From assembly GCF_963921235.1 (NCBI RefSeq), contig NC_086107.1:99760001-99824000 (forward strand): 64,000 nucleotides of DNA. The letters run 5' to 3'. Shown one piece after another: positions 11,419 through 21,598 of this stretch; the first letter of the stretch is position 1, and each line of letters begins with the position of its first letter. The stretch is from Mobula hypostoma (Eukaryota). The position numbers were made by a program, and so were the translations under genes. The notes beneath the pieces were generated by a model that was not told the origin of the DNA, searched no databases, and saw only the letters and a list, made by a program, of their open reading frames with translations.

Positions 11419-12834
11419 TCAGGCCACCACTACAGCTCGGAGCCCCCTGTTCCGTGTCCAGGGCCCCGCTTCTCCTCCTTCCTGATCCTGCCGTAACTCA
11501 GACTGCCCACAGCTAGCCCTCCCCACTACACCTGACTCAGTGGGAGAAGGGCCAAAGGTCTCTTCCCCAATCATGGAGAAGTTAGCAAAAGGCAGCATGT
11601 ACCACATGTGCAGCACATCATCCTTTGAATCCATATCCTTCCTCATTCCCTCGATTGGTAGCTGCTGTTTGAGTTTCTCCAAACTGAAACATTTAGCCGG
11701 GGCTACCCCTTTAGCCTCCTGTAGTCGAGACGTCAGCTTCTTCAGGGACTCCTTCAACTCTCGCCACAGTCTCAGCAGTTCTGACTCACGCTTCTTGGTC
11801 ATCTCAATCTGGGACACAGTTACCCCACCAGCTTCTTCCACCCTGACCTGAAAAGCAGCAGTTAAAGAATGTTCAGCCTCCGGTTGTTTCTTCCTGAGGG
11901 CATCTCCCAGGTCAACTTTCAGTTTTTCCATTTCATTTAAACTTGCAATAGTCACCTTCAGGTTCCTTTCAAACATCCGCCTCCCTTTTCCCAGATCTGT
12001 CCTCCATTTCTTTACCTCCTCGGGAGTGTAGTCAAACTCCCCTCCCTGGGCTCTCGGTTTTCTGTTGATCTTAGTCAGAACACTTCCTTGATCTTCCCCA
12101 ACTTGCAAGTCTTCCAATCTGTTCTGAATCGACGTCTTGAGTTTCTGTTGATCCCTTCGAAGGTGGGTCATTGTTTCTTCTCGCTGGATTAATTCATCAG
12201 TACATGACCGCAGTGCGGTGCAAATCCCCTCTCTTCCCTGTGTCTCATTCAGGTTGATGACCTGGGTTTCCATCCCCAGGTCCACCACCATCTGTCCCAA
12301 CACCAGGAAGTTCAACTGGTATGTCAGGTCATTTTCCTCACATTGCACCAAACTCCTCCGGCCAAAAACTCCTCCACATTTGACACTTCGCTTCAGTCGC
12401 CCGGGCTCAGCCACTCGCCTCGCCTCATAGTCCCCCCAGGCGAATCCAAGCTCTAGGCGGTCATCCACATACGTCAAAACTCCACACACCTTCACTTCCC
12501 CCATGGTCTTCCTCATGCCCCGCGGGAAGGATGCAGGGGCTCCGGATATGCCCTTGGGCATCTTTTCGGATCGGAAGAATCCTAGGGAACTAGTAACGGC
12601 CATCTTCAGCTCAACAGCTGCACTCCTCGGGATCTGGCAACATCCACCCCTCAGATGCAGCACATTAAACCACATCGCATAATCCACACACACGCTGCCT
12701 TCATCTTCCACGCCGCTAGGGTCCAGTTGCCGCGACCTCTCTCTCACTGAGGTGTCTTCAGCGGTCAACTCCCCTCCCTCGTGGTAGTTCGGAGCATCTA
12801 CTAAGAGGGTCTCACCCTCAGCTACTTTCCCCAA
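11419..12834 (-). CDS. 471-codon chimeric ORF: degenerate RT + myosin-rod-like coiled coil + Gypsy pol tail
   Basis: aa ~46-150 are RT-like (CVDY, WFNVLHLRGG..QIP, LGFF...MPKGISGAPASF, YVDD at 12460-12471). aa ~161-395 are myosin-tail-like (RVEEAGGVTVSQIEMTKKRESELLRL, AKCFSLEKLKQQL). Expression unknown; the start codon is TTG. Confidence 0.75.
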   Translation of the reverse strand: MGKVAEGETLLVDAPNYHEGGELTAEDTSVRERSRQLDPSGVEDEGSVCVDYAMWFNVLHLRGGCCQIPRSAAVELKMAVTSSLGFFRSEKMPKGISGAPASFPRGMRKTMGEVKVCGVLTYVDDRLELGFAWGDYEARRVAEPGRLKRSVKCGGVFGRRSLVQCEENDLTYQLNFLVLGQMVVDLGMETQVINLNETQGREGICTALRSCTDELIQREETMTHLRRDQQKLKTSIQNRLEDLQVGEDQGSVLTKINRKPRAQGGEFDYTPEEVKKWRTDLGKGRRMFERNLKVTIASLNEMEKLKVDLGDALRKKQPEAEHSLTAAFQVRVEEAGGVTVSQIEMTKKRESELLRLWRELKESLKKLTSRLQEAKGVAPAKCFSLEKLKQQLPIEGMRKDMDSKDDVLHMWYMLPFANFSMIGEETFGPSPTESGVVGRASCGQSELRQDQEGGEAGPWTRNRGLRAVVVA

Positions 12835-12837
12835 GCC

Positions 12838-13368
12838 CTACCACCGCTGGGTCTCGTTTAAATTCGGTACCGGCTCAAGGCTGCTACACACGTCCTCAGA
12901 AGCAACTCGACAGGCTGGGTGCCCAGACGATGCCCCCATGAACTCCAGGGTCATTAACCAATCATCGTCTTCTGGATAACTACTGCCACTAGTACCCAAA
13001 GTCTCCGGTGCCTTTGCGGTTGTCAAGGATAAATGCTTCAGACACCGGTTGTAAAACGAACTGTACAACAACTTGATCTGTGCCCCGGGGTCAAGGATAG
13101 CTTTAGCATCGCTTCCCTCTATCCATAACGACACCCTGGGGCGTGGCCCCTCTAAGCCTTCAGGAATAGAGTCTTCTTTCGGAAGTACATTGGTACATTG
13201 CTGGGAACGTGCTTCCCCAGAGACCCCAAGCCGTTCCCCCACTGGGCCTCCACTAAGTTTCCTGACACCTCTCTGATCAGCTGAACCACTGAAGGAGGGG
13301 CTGATCCCCTGAAATGATCCCCCTGGCACTGCAAGCAATTTAGCCGCCCTCCTAGCCAGAGAAGACAC
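12838..13368 (-). pseudogene. Degenerate retroviral-type aspartic protease
   Basis: GLEGPRPRVSLWIEGSDAKAILDPGAQIKLLYSSFY. The D(T/S)G motif is altered to DPG. Confidence 0.7.
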
Positions 13369-13389
13369 ACTGAAAACTTTCCCCCCTCT

Positions 13390-13700
13390 TTCAAATAACT
13401 GACAGCTGTCACTACGGTGTAAGTGAACCTGACAGCTCTAACACTGTCACCAGCCTGCCTACTCAAACCTTCAACCAATCCCTGTCGCTCTCCCTCAACT
13501 GAGCCTGCCACTCATCTAACAACTGAAAGATCCGCTCCACCCACGTCTCGCACGTCTCCACCCCTCTTGGGGTGGACACTATCCCAAGTGCCAGGCGGAG
13601 CCTGCCAGAGCTAGAACATTTATTCGCAGACCCTACCTCCAAATCAGACCACTCTTCCCTCTCTCTCCCAACCGCATGGGCAGCCCCAAGTGCCACCTCC
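13390..13700 (-). pseudogene. Degenerate Gypsy gag (PNMA/MOAP1-like capsid region), frameshifted
   Basis: RLRLALGIVSTPRGVETCETWVERIFQLLDEWQ, then after a frameshift ERQGLVEGLSRQAGDSVRAV. Resembles the recalled PNMA-type RLRxFSG..P.GEE.FE.W......EW..SE.EKRRRL.ESLRGPA pattern. Confidence 0.65.
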
Positions 13701-13833
13701 AACTCGTCAATGCCAGCCTGAACTCGAACAAAGACCTCACCCACCACGCATACAGCAATCACCAGCAAATAACCCACAGAGACACACATTACAGATTTAA
13801 ACAGGGCACCCACACAGCATACCAGCAGACTCA

Positions 13834-13851
13834 ATCCCGGACGAGCCCCCA
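13834..13851 (-). other. Primer-binding site complementary to the tRNA-Pro 3' end
   Basis: Minus strand reads TGGGGGCTCGTCCGGGAT, the 18-nt tRNA-Pro PBS known from MLV, 3 nt downstream of the 5' LTR. Confidence 0.9.
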
Positions 13852-13854
13852 CAA

Positions 13855-14238
13855 TGTAGACCCCCTGGCCACCCTCAGGGTCGCTCGGCTTGCTGTCGTT
13901 AGGGAAACAGCCTCAGCCCCGGCAAACTGGGTAATTCGTTTGTGTGGATGCTGTGTGAGGTACCCCACCCCGCCCAGCACCTCGTCCATCCTCTGTCTCG
14001 CTCCCCCGCCTTCTGCCCCAAAACCCCGCACATACAGTATCTTCAAATACACCAAAACCATAACAACTATCCCAATTGGTTAATAGCACTCTCTTATCAC
14101 ACTCTAAAGCAAAAACAAGCTCCTAGCGCAAACTTTCTCAGCGTTTAACACAACAAAGCCGCATTCCCCAGATTAACATAACAAAGACGTCATTTTAATT
14201 AGCTTCCGCAGTAACATAAAAGTCGAAACCCCCTTACA
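13855..14238 (-). repeat. 5' LTR (384 bp)
   Basis: Direct repeat of 10771-11147 with TGTA...TACA ends. Followed on the minus strand by the PBS. Confidence 0.93.
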
Positions 14239-15424
14239 TGAGGAAGATGAGGAATGGTAGGGTGACAAGTGCGGTGGAGAATCTAGTCAGGTGGAAGAAG
14301 GCAGCATACATGAGGATTAGTGAGCAAGGATCAGATGGGTCTATTGAGGAATATAGGGTAGCAAGAAAGAAGCTTAAGAAGGGGCTGAGAAGAGCAAGAA
14401 GGGGGCATGAGAAAGCCTTGGCGAGTAGGGTAAAGGAAAATCCCAAGGCATTCTTCAATTATGTGAAGAACAAAAGGATGACAGGAGTGAAGATAGGGCT
14501 GTTTAGAGATAAAGATGGGAAGATGTGCCTGGAGGCTGGAAGTGAGCGAGGTCCTCAATGAATACTTCTCTTCGGTATTCACCAATCAGAGGGAACTTGA
14601 TGATGGTGAGGACAATATGAGTGAAGTTGATGTTCTGGAACATGTTGATTTTAAGGGAGAGGAGGTGTTGGAGTTGTTAAAATATATTAGAACAGATAAG
14701 TCCCCGGGGCCTGACGGAATATTCCCCAGGCTGCTCCACGAGGTGAGGGAAGAGATTGCTGAGCCTCTGGCTAGGATCTTTATGTCCTTGTTGTCCATGG
14801 GAATGGTACCGGAGAATTGTAGGGAGGCGAATGTTGTCCCTTTGTTCAAAAAAGGTAGTAGGGATAGTCCGGGTAATTATAGATCAGTGAGCCTTACATC
14901 TGTGGTGGGAAAGCTGTTGGAAAAGATTCTTAGAGATAGGATCTATAGGCATTTAGAGAATCATGGTCTGATCAGGGATAGTCAGCATGGCTTTATGAAG
15001 GGCAGATCATGTCTAACAAGCCTGATAGAGTTCTTTGAGGAGGTGACCAGGCATATAGATGTGGGTAGTGCAATGGATGTGATCGACATGGATTTTAGTA
15101 AGGCATTTGACAAGGTTCCACACGGTAGGCTTATTCAGAAAGTCAGAAGGCATGGGATCCAGGGAAGTTTGACCAGGTGGATTCATAATTGGCTTGCCTG
15201 CAGAAGGCAGAGGGTCATGGTGGATGGAGTACATTCAGATTGGAGGGATGTGACTAGTGGTGTCCCACAGGGATCGGTTCTGGGACCTCTACTTTTCATG
15301 ATTTTTATTAACGACCTGGATGTGGGGTAGAAGGGTGGGTTGGCAAGTTTGCAGATGACACAGAGGTTGGTGGTGTTGTGGATAGAGTAGAGGATTGCAG
15401 AAGAGACATTGATATGATGCAGAA

Positions 15425-17234
15425 ATACCTAACAGTTCAGCATCCAATATGTAAAGAAAATTACGTAAATATTTTTGTAAGAAATATCTAAGTTGGAGAT
15501 ATTGTAAAAAGTGTGAGTATGAAAGAGAATATCTATCAACTAATTGTTCAAAGGACATCAGTCTACCTTCTTTAAATAAATCCAAAAAAGAATTAATACC
15601 TTTATTTTTCCAAAGTAAAAAAATTGGATCACTCAAAGAAGGCTTTAAAAAGTAGTTTCGATAAATTAAACTACAAAGCTTAAACTTTTTAGGATTAAAA
15701 AAATTGCAGAACGGAAGCCAAGTTTGTAAAGAATGCTTAATCACAGGATACAAGTTTAAATTAGCAACTTTAGTTAATTGTATAGGCAAAGCAGCTCCCA
15801 ATAAAAAAGGCATCCGTTAGTCCTGAGAGACCATGGATCTGCGCCTGGAAAGTCTTCACTCTCCAGGGCGCAGGCCTGGGCAAGGTTGTATGGAAGACCA
15901 GCAGTTGCCCATGCTGCAAGTCTCCCCTCTCCATGACACCAATGTTGTCCAAGGGAAGGGCATTAGGACCCATACAGCTTGGCACCATGTCATCGCAGAG
16001 CAATGTGTGATTAAGTGCCTTGCTCAAGGACACAACACGTTCCCTCGGCTGGGGCTCGAACTCACAACCTTCAGGTCACTAGTCTAATGCCTTAGCTACT
16101 TGGCCACGTGACGAAGTTAAATAAAGCTGTTTCACAGCTTTCAATTCCAAATCTACCCAGATAGGCCGATCCTTCTTATCAACCCAATATAACCAAAAGG
16201 ACATGTATCACACATTAACAGCCCAGTAATACATTCTTAAATTAGGCAAAGCGAGACCTCCATCCTTTTTCAATTTTTGTAAATGACATTTACTAATTCT
16301 TGGTCTTTTATTTTTCCAGATAAAAGATAAAATAATAGAATCAATCCGGTCAAAAAACTTCTTAGTCAAAAAAACAGGGATATTCTGAAATAGATATTTA
16401 CAACAGAAGATTGGACGCGGATTCTGAAGCTGGTTAATTCTTCTTCTGTCTGTGCTAGTCATTCACTGATTCAATTTAAAATTGTATATCGTTACCATTT
16501 GACGAAGGAGAGATTGTCTAAAATATTTCCTAATGTTGATAGTTATTGTGATAGATGTAAAACTGAGACAGCTACACTGACACACATGTTTTGGTCTTGC
16601 TCTATACTGGAACAGTTCTGGAAGTCAGTTTTTTCGACAATTTCTAAAGCACTTAAAATTAATTTACAACCTAACAAATTTACTGTGTTTTTTGAATAAT
16701 TCCTCACAATATCCATGGTATCTCTGTGTCTGACCAACATGTTATTGCATTTGTTACATTGATAGCTAGGAGGGCCATTTTGTTGAAGTGGAAGGATACA
16801 TCAGCTCCCACTTTGTCACAATGGTTCTCTCAAGTGATGCTATGTCTTAGTTTGGAGAAAATTAAAAGTCGAACCTTTGAACCTATGTTTGATTTTGAGA
16901 AAAGACGGGGTTCATTTGCTCATTATTATCATTTGAGTTAATTGATGGATTCTCCACGATCTAATTGTAAATTTTTTTTGGTACTGTTTTTTTGCTGGCA
17001 GTTTGATGTTTATCTTTAGAAGCTTTATGTACGACGCATGGCTCTGGGGTTGAACACCTAATGGGATTTTTCTTTTTCCCCCACTTTTCTTGCTTAGTAG
17101 GGTTTTTTTCCCCATCACAAAATTTTTTCAATCTTTATATAATGTTTTCTTTTCTTGAGACATTGTAAGTGTTGTTTACTTCGATGTACTCGTGTTTATT
17201 TTGGAAAAAAATAAGAAGATTTGAAAAGAAAGAA
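15425..17234. mobile_element. 5'-inverted, truncated L1-clade LINE
   Basis: 15425-16400 antisense ORF2 (GGLALPNL..YYWA). 16401-17234 sense ORF2 end (CDRC...THMFWSC cysteine-rich motif) + 3' UTR + A-rich tail. TSD gatatgatgcagaa (15411-15424) / gataagatgcagaa (17235-17248). Confidence 0.85.
15809..16110 (-). mobile_element. tRNA-derived SINE with a CORE-like segment, inserted in the L1
   Basis: A box tggccaagtag, B box gttcgag, gtgtccttgagcaaggcacttaa. Near-identical copy at 23144-23441. Confidence 0.8.
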
Positions 17235-18766
17235 GATAAGATGCAGAAGTGGGCTGAGAAGTGGCAGTTGGAGTTCAACCTGGAGAAGTGTGAGGTCGTA
17301 AACTTTGGAAGGACAAACTCCAAGGCAGAGTACAAAGTAAATGGCAGGATACTTGGAAGTGTGGAGGAGCAGAGGGATCTGGGGGTACATGTCCACAGAT
17401 CCCTGAAAGTTGCCTCACAGGTGGATATGGTAGTTAAGAAAGCTTATGGGGTGTTAGCTTTCATAAGTCGAGGGATAGAGTTTAAGAATCGCGAGGTAAT
17501 GTTGCAGCTCTATAAAACTCTGGTTAGGCCAATTTGGAGTACTGTGTCCAGTTCTGGTCGCCTCACTATAGGAAGGATGTGGAAGCATTGGAAAGGGTAC
17601 AGAGGAGATTTACCAGGATGCTGTCTGGTTTAGAGAGTATGGATTATGATCAGAGATTAAGGGAGCTAGGGCTTTACTCTTTGGAGAGAAGGAGGAGAAA
17701 GGAGACATGATAGAGGTATACCAGATATTAAGAGGAATAGATAAGAGTAGATAGCCAGCGCCTCTTCCCCAGGGCACCACTGCTCAATACAAGAGGACAT
17801 GGCTTTAAGGTAAGGGGTATGAAGTTCAAGGGGGATATTAGAGGAAGGTTTTTTACTCAGAGAGTGGTTGGTGCGTGGAATGCACTGCCTGCGTCAGTGG
17901 TGGAGGCAGATACATTAGTGAAATTTAAGAGAGTACTAGACAGGTATATAGAGGAATTTAAGGTGGGGGGGTTATATGGAAGGCAGGGTTTAAGGGTCGG
18001 CACAACATTGTGGGCCAAAGGGCCTGTACTGTGCTGTACTATTCTATGTTCTATTAAAAAAAGACTATTAAACTTGAACCTCCCATTCCTTTCTCCCTTA
18101 CATTTATCCAGCTTCCCCTTTCATGTACCAATTGCACTCTGTCTCAATTAATTCACATGCTAGAAAGACTCAAATGGGGAAGGAAAAAAATGGGGAATTT
18201 CACCAGAATTCCCCATTGGATTTAATAGTTTAGTAGTTCCAGTTAATATTGGAGAATGTATACAATAAATAACCTGAAATTCTTGTTCTTCGCAGACATC
18301 CACAAAAAACAGAAGAGTACCCCCCAAAGAATGACAATAAGTTAGAACCCCAAAGTCCTCCTTCTCTCCCGTCCCACGCACAAGCAGCAGCAAAGTATTG
18401 ACCCTCTCTCCCCCCCAATTCAGCAAAAAGCATCAGCATCCTCCACCCACCAAGCAAACAAAAGCACAGCCCCCAAGAAAGACCATGATTTGCAGTTCAA
18501 CTAAAGCTAATCGTTCAGCCAGCAATTTGACAAGCCACAGGCCATCTTCAGTTATCAACTCTAGTTTTGGACTATTCCGTACATCACACCAATCAAATTT
18601 TCAGAAAGCATTAAGTCACCTCAGCCCCCTCTTTCTGGAAAGTGCTCCTGTTTGTGGGATCTTCCACAGCACCCCCTCGAATGTGAGCTGACCATTTGAA
18701 CTTTAATTTGCACCTATCTCCTTCGCCGAATCATTTTCAGCCTACAGAGAGGTAGCCCCCACTCAC

Positions 18767-18910
18767 CGAGAACACCTTTGGGGCCGTGACGTTGAGCTGG
18801 ATCAGAGACGTGGTATACCGGTAAGGCATGTCAGTGCGCTGGCTGAAGAAAGCGAACGCCATGGTTGAGGAGGACAACACTCGCATCCAGACTTGAATAC
18901 TATTCTTCTC
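18767..18910 (-). CDS. NAGA: NAGA coding exon 7
   Basis: EKNSIQVWMRVLSSSTMAFAFFSQRTDMPYRYTTSLIQLNVTAPKVFS. Boundaries cag/gtgagt, 144 nt. Confidence 0.94.
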
Positions 18911-20449
18911 CTGGCGCAGAAAGTGTGGGAAATATAACACAGACATTAAAAACACAGCAAGTTGATACTTGCTGAAATAGACAGACATGCTAATGATACA
19001 TTATTAGCCAAATCAACTTCAGGCTGATTACAAAACTCACTTATTGTTGGATGTCAAGCCAACCCTTTCTTAGTTTCACATAAACTGTGTCTCCTCTTCC
19101 CTCAGTCTGCCCAATAGTTACAGAAGTTTCTGGATTTCCACATCAATTCACCACAAGGCTTTGAATAGGGCAAATAACCAATCTTGTATGGTAATTGTTA
19201 CTGCAGAGAGGTTATCTTCCCTGACCCAAAAAAAAGATAATCATTGAAGCAGCAGAGTTCCCTAACTTTAGGCTGACTGTCTCAACAGAGTTTTAAATAT
19301 GGAAGTGAGAGGGGCCCTTCTCATCAAATCCTTCCTGTATAGTCAGAGTCTCTCCCAACACATGCAGCCTTTGAGGAAATGAATATCCAGCTCGTTGTGG
19401 ACTTGTGTTTGCGAAGGTCTGGAAAAGGTTCGCAAGGGTTGTCAAAGTTTACCCTGAGCAGCTGCGTAACAGGGGACTCTGTGATCCAAGGTGGGGGATG
19501 TTTCCTGAGGCAAACATCAAAAGTGCTGCTGGAAACTCAGTGAAAGACACATTTTGGTCTGCTCTAAGCTTGCTGGTCTTCCAGTGCAAACTGATACTGC
19601 CGACTGGCACAAACCAGGGAGCAGGAGTGTGTGCTGAGGGACACAGTGAAGCTCGCTGCAGTCACCATCGAGGCTCTGTGAAGGAGCACCTACAGTCACT
19701 GGTCACTGAGGGGCCAGGCCCTGCATTTACCGTACATATTCTTGAAGAAAAATGTTCACTATTGTTTTAGGTTTGGCTCATACTCAATGGATGAATTTAT
19801 CAAAACATATGAAATTGTGGAAGGAAGTTGGTAAAGTAGATGTTGACAGAATTTCTCCCCTGATAAGGATAGTGGACAGACTGTATGCCAAGCTCTTGCA
19901 CCTATTTCTTTTAAGTTTATGCAAGAATAGAGCAATGGCCGGAAGTTTATTTAGTTGTAGTGAGAAAAGATTCAAGCAATTTGAGTTTCCTCAGCAGGTT
20001 CATAAAGCCGTTGGAGATGAAAGTCATCCCAACAAGTTATTGTAATCGTGCAAAACCCACAAACCCACTGTCCTGTGACGCACATAAACATGATCACATG
20101 ATGTACAAACACATGCCCCTCATTACAAACACAGGCCTCCACCCCCTACCCTTGCTGCAGCACACACACACTTCCACAGCCTCTAACCAATCACAGACAT
20201 TGACCTGTGATTTTTCAATCCATGTAGTTTAATAGCACCTGGACTTCACATATTTTGGTTGCCTGGAGGGCCCCAATCTTACATTGTCTACTTTGGTACT
20301 GAGTCCAAACCCCACTACCCTTCGTATGTTCATATTTCCTTGCAAAGACCATTGAATCAACGTCAGCTCGCATTCCCCCACTAACCTCTCCATTAACTAT
20401 TTTCTCTCCTATGCCTGTCACCAGTCTTACCCTTTACTCCATTGATTAC

Positions 20450-20647
20450 CTGCATTATCATACGGCCCTGAATTCCCAGTGGATCTTGACTAATCTTGAT
20501 CAGCAGCTTGTTCTGTAGGATCTCAACATCTGACCTGGAGATTGTCCGCAGGTCATTAGACATGAAGAGGGGAGCTGCAAGAATGGCCCAAAGGGCCATC
20601 TGTGACTTGGACTCCTCAATGCTCAGGCCAAAGTCGCCAATGATTAA
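20450..20647 (-). CDS. NAGA: NAGA coding exon 6
   Basis: [37 protein letters not shown]...[13 protein letters not shown]. Boundaries cag/gtaatc, 198 nt. Confidence 0.97.
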
Positions 20648-21129
20648 CTGGAGAGAGGATTAAATAAAACAAGAGGATGAGATTAGTGCACTACTATGAC
20701 AATCAACCTGCATTCTTTTAAATAGGCTTTACTTGTCACCTGTACATCGAAATATCAAAGCATTCAGTGAAAGTGTCATTTGTGTCAATGACCAACAAAG
20801 TCCAATAATAAAATCTTCCCATGATGCTGCCCAAAATATATGGACTCAGGCAATCCCAATATGCAGAAGGTAAAATATTTCAAAAGGGGTAGAAAGAAAT
20901 AGGGAGTTTTGCAGAGGAAATCTCAATTGGTGTCCAGACAGTTCACCAATTATGGGAGATGGAAAAGCCTGAGCTGGAAGAACACAGAAATATCAGGAAG
21001 GGATGAGAGAGGTAGCAAGGGAAAGGTCAAGGAGGGATCTGAAAACAAGAATGAGAATTTAAATTTAAGTTGCTGAGGGACTGCGAAACGGGTACATTGG
21101 TAACTGCAGGAATGATAGGCAATAGGGAC

Positions 21130-21598
21130 AGTTGCAGGAAAGCAACATCCATCAACAGGGGCCCCCACCACCCAGGTCATGCTCTCTTCTCGCTGCTGCC
21201 ATCAGGAAGGTGTGCAGGAGCCTCAGGAACCTCACCACAAGGTTCAGGAACAGTTATTACCTCTCAACCATCAGGCTCTTGAACCAAAGGGGATAACTTC
21301 ACTTGCCCCATCATTGAACTGTTCCCATATCCTATGGACTCACTTTCAAGGACTCCTCATCTCATGTTCTAATATTTACTACTTGCTTATTTATTATTAT
21401 TCCTTTCTTTTTGTATTTGCACGGTTTGATGTCTTGTGCACACTGGCTGAATGCCCAAGCTGGTGCGGTCTTTCATTGATTCTGTTATGGTTATTATTCT
21501 ATTGTGGATTTATTGAATAGGCCCACAAGAAAATGAATCTCAAGATTGTATATGGTGACATATATGTACTGTGATAATAAATTTACTTTGAACTTTGA
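21130..21598 (+). mobile_element. Rex1/Babar-like LINE 3' end
   Basis: HHPGHALFSLLPSGR. aataaatttactttgaactttga tail shared with the 62295 copy. Confidence 0.7.

Larger units (their letters stand above)
10771..14238 (-). mobile_element. Non-autonomous Gypsy-type LTR retrotransposon carrying a myosin-rod-like insert
   Basis: Two similar TG...CA LTRs, 4-bp imperfect TSD (tgaa/tgag), tRNA-Pro PBS, PPT, degenerate gag/protease/RT. It splits a CR1 ORF2 that resumes at 14239. Confidence 0.93.
9095..18054 (+). mobile_element. Near full-length CR1 LINE, interrupted by the LTR element and by an L1
   Basis: ORF1 SGNH esterase (IGDSIVRG, VHVGTND) at 9261-9750. APE endonuclease (FNARS, ITETWL, DFNFP, LDL) at ~9940-10770. 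RT ([35 protein letters not shown]) at 14239-15424. C-terminus at 17235-17960 and a (ttctatg)-type tail. Several frameshifts. Confidence 0.92.

Noticed and set aside
11419..12834. A genuine host myosin gene, or a retroviral env
   Set aside because: No motor domain and no introns, enclosed by LTRs and fused to RT. There is no signal peptide, furin site or TM anchor pattern typical of env.
10771..14238. Gammaretrovirus-like ERV suggested by the tRNA-Pro PBS
   Set aside because: The RT motifs (CVDY, LGFF..MP.G.SGAPA.F), PNMA-like gag and pol-tail motif are Gypsy-type. PBS identity alone is not diagnostic.
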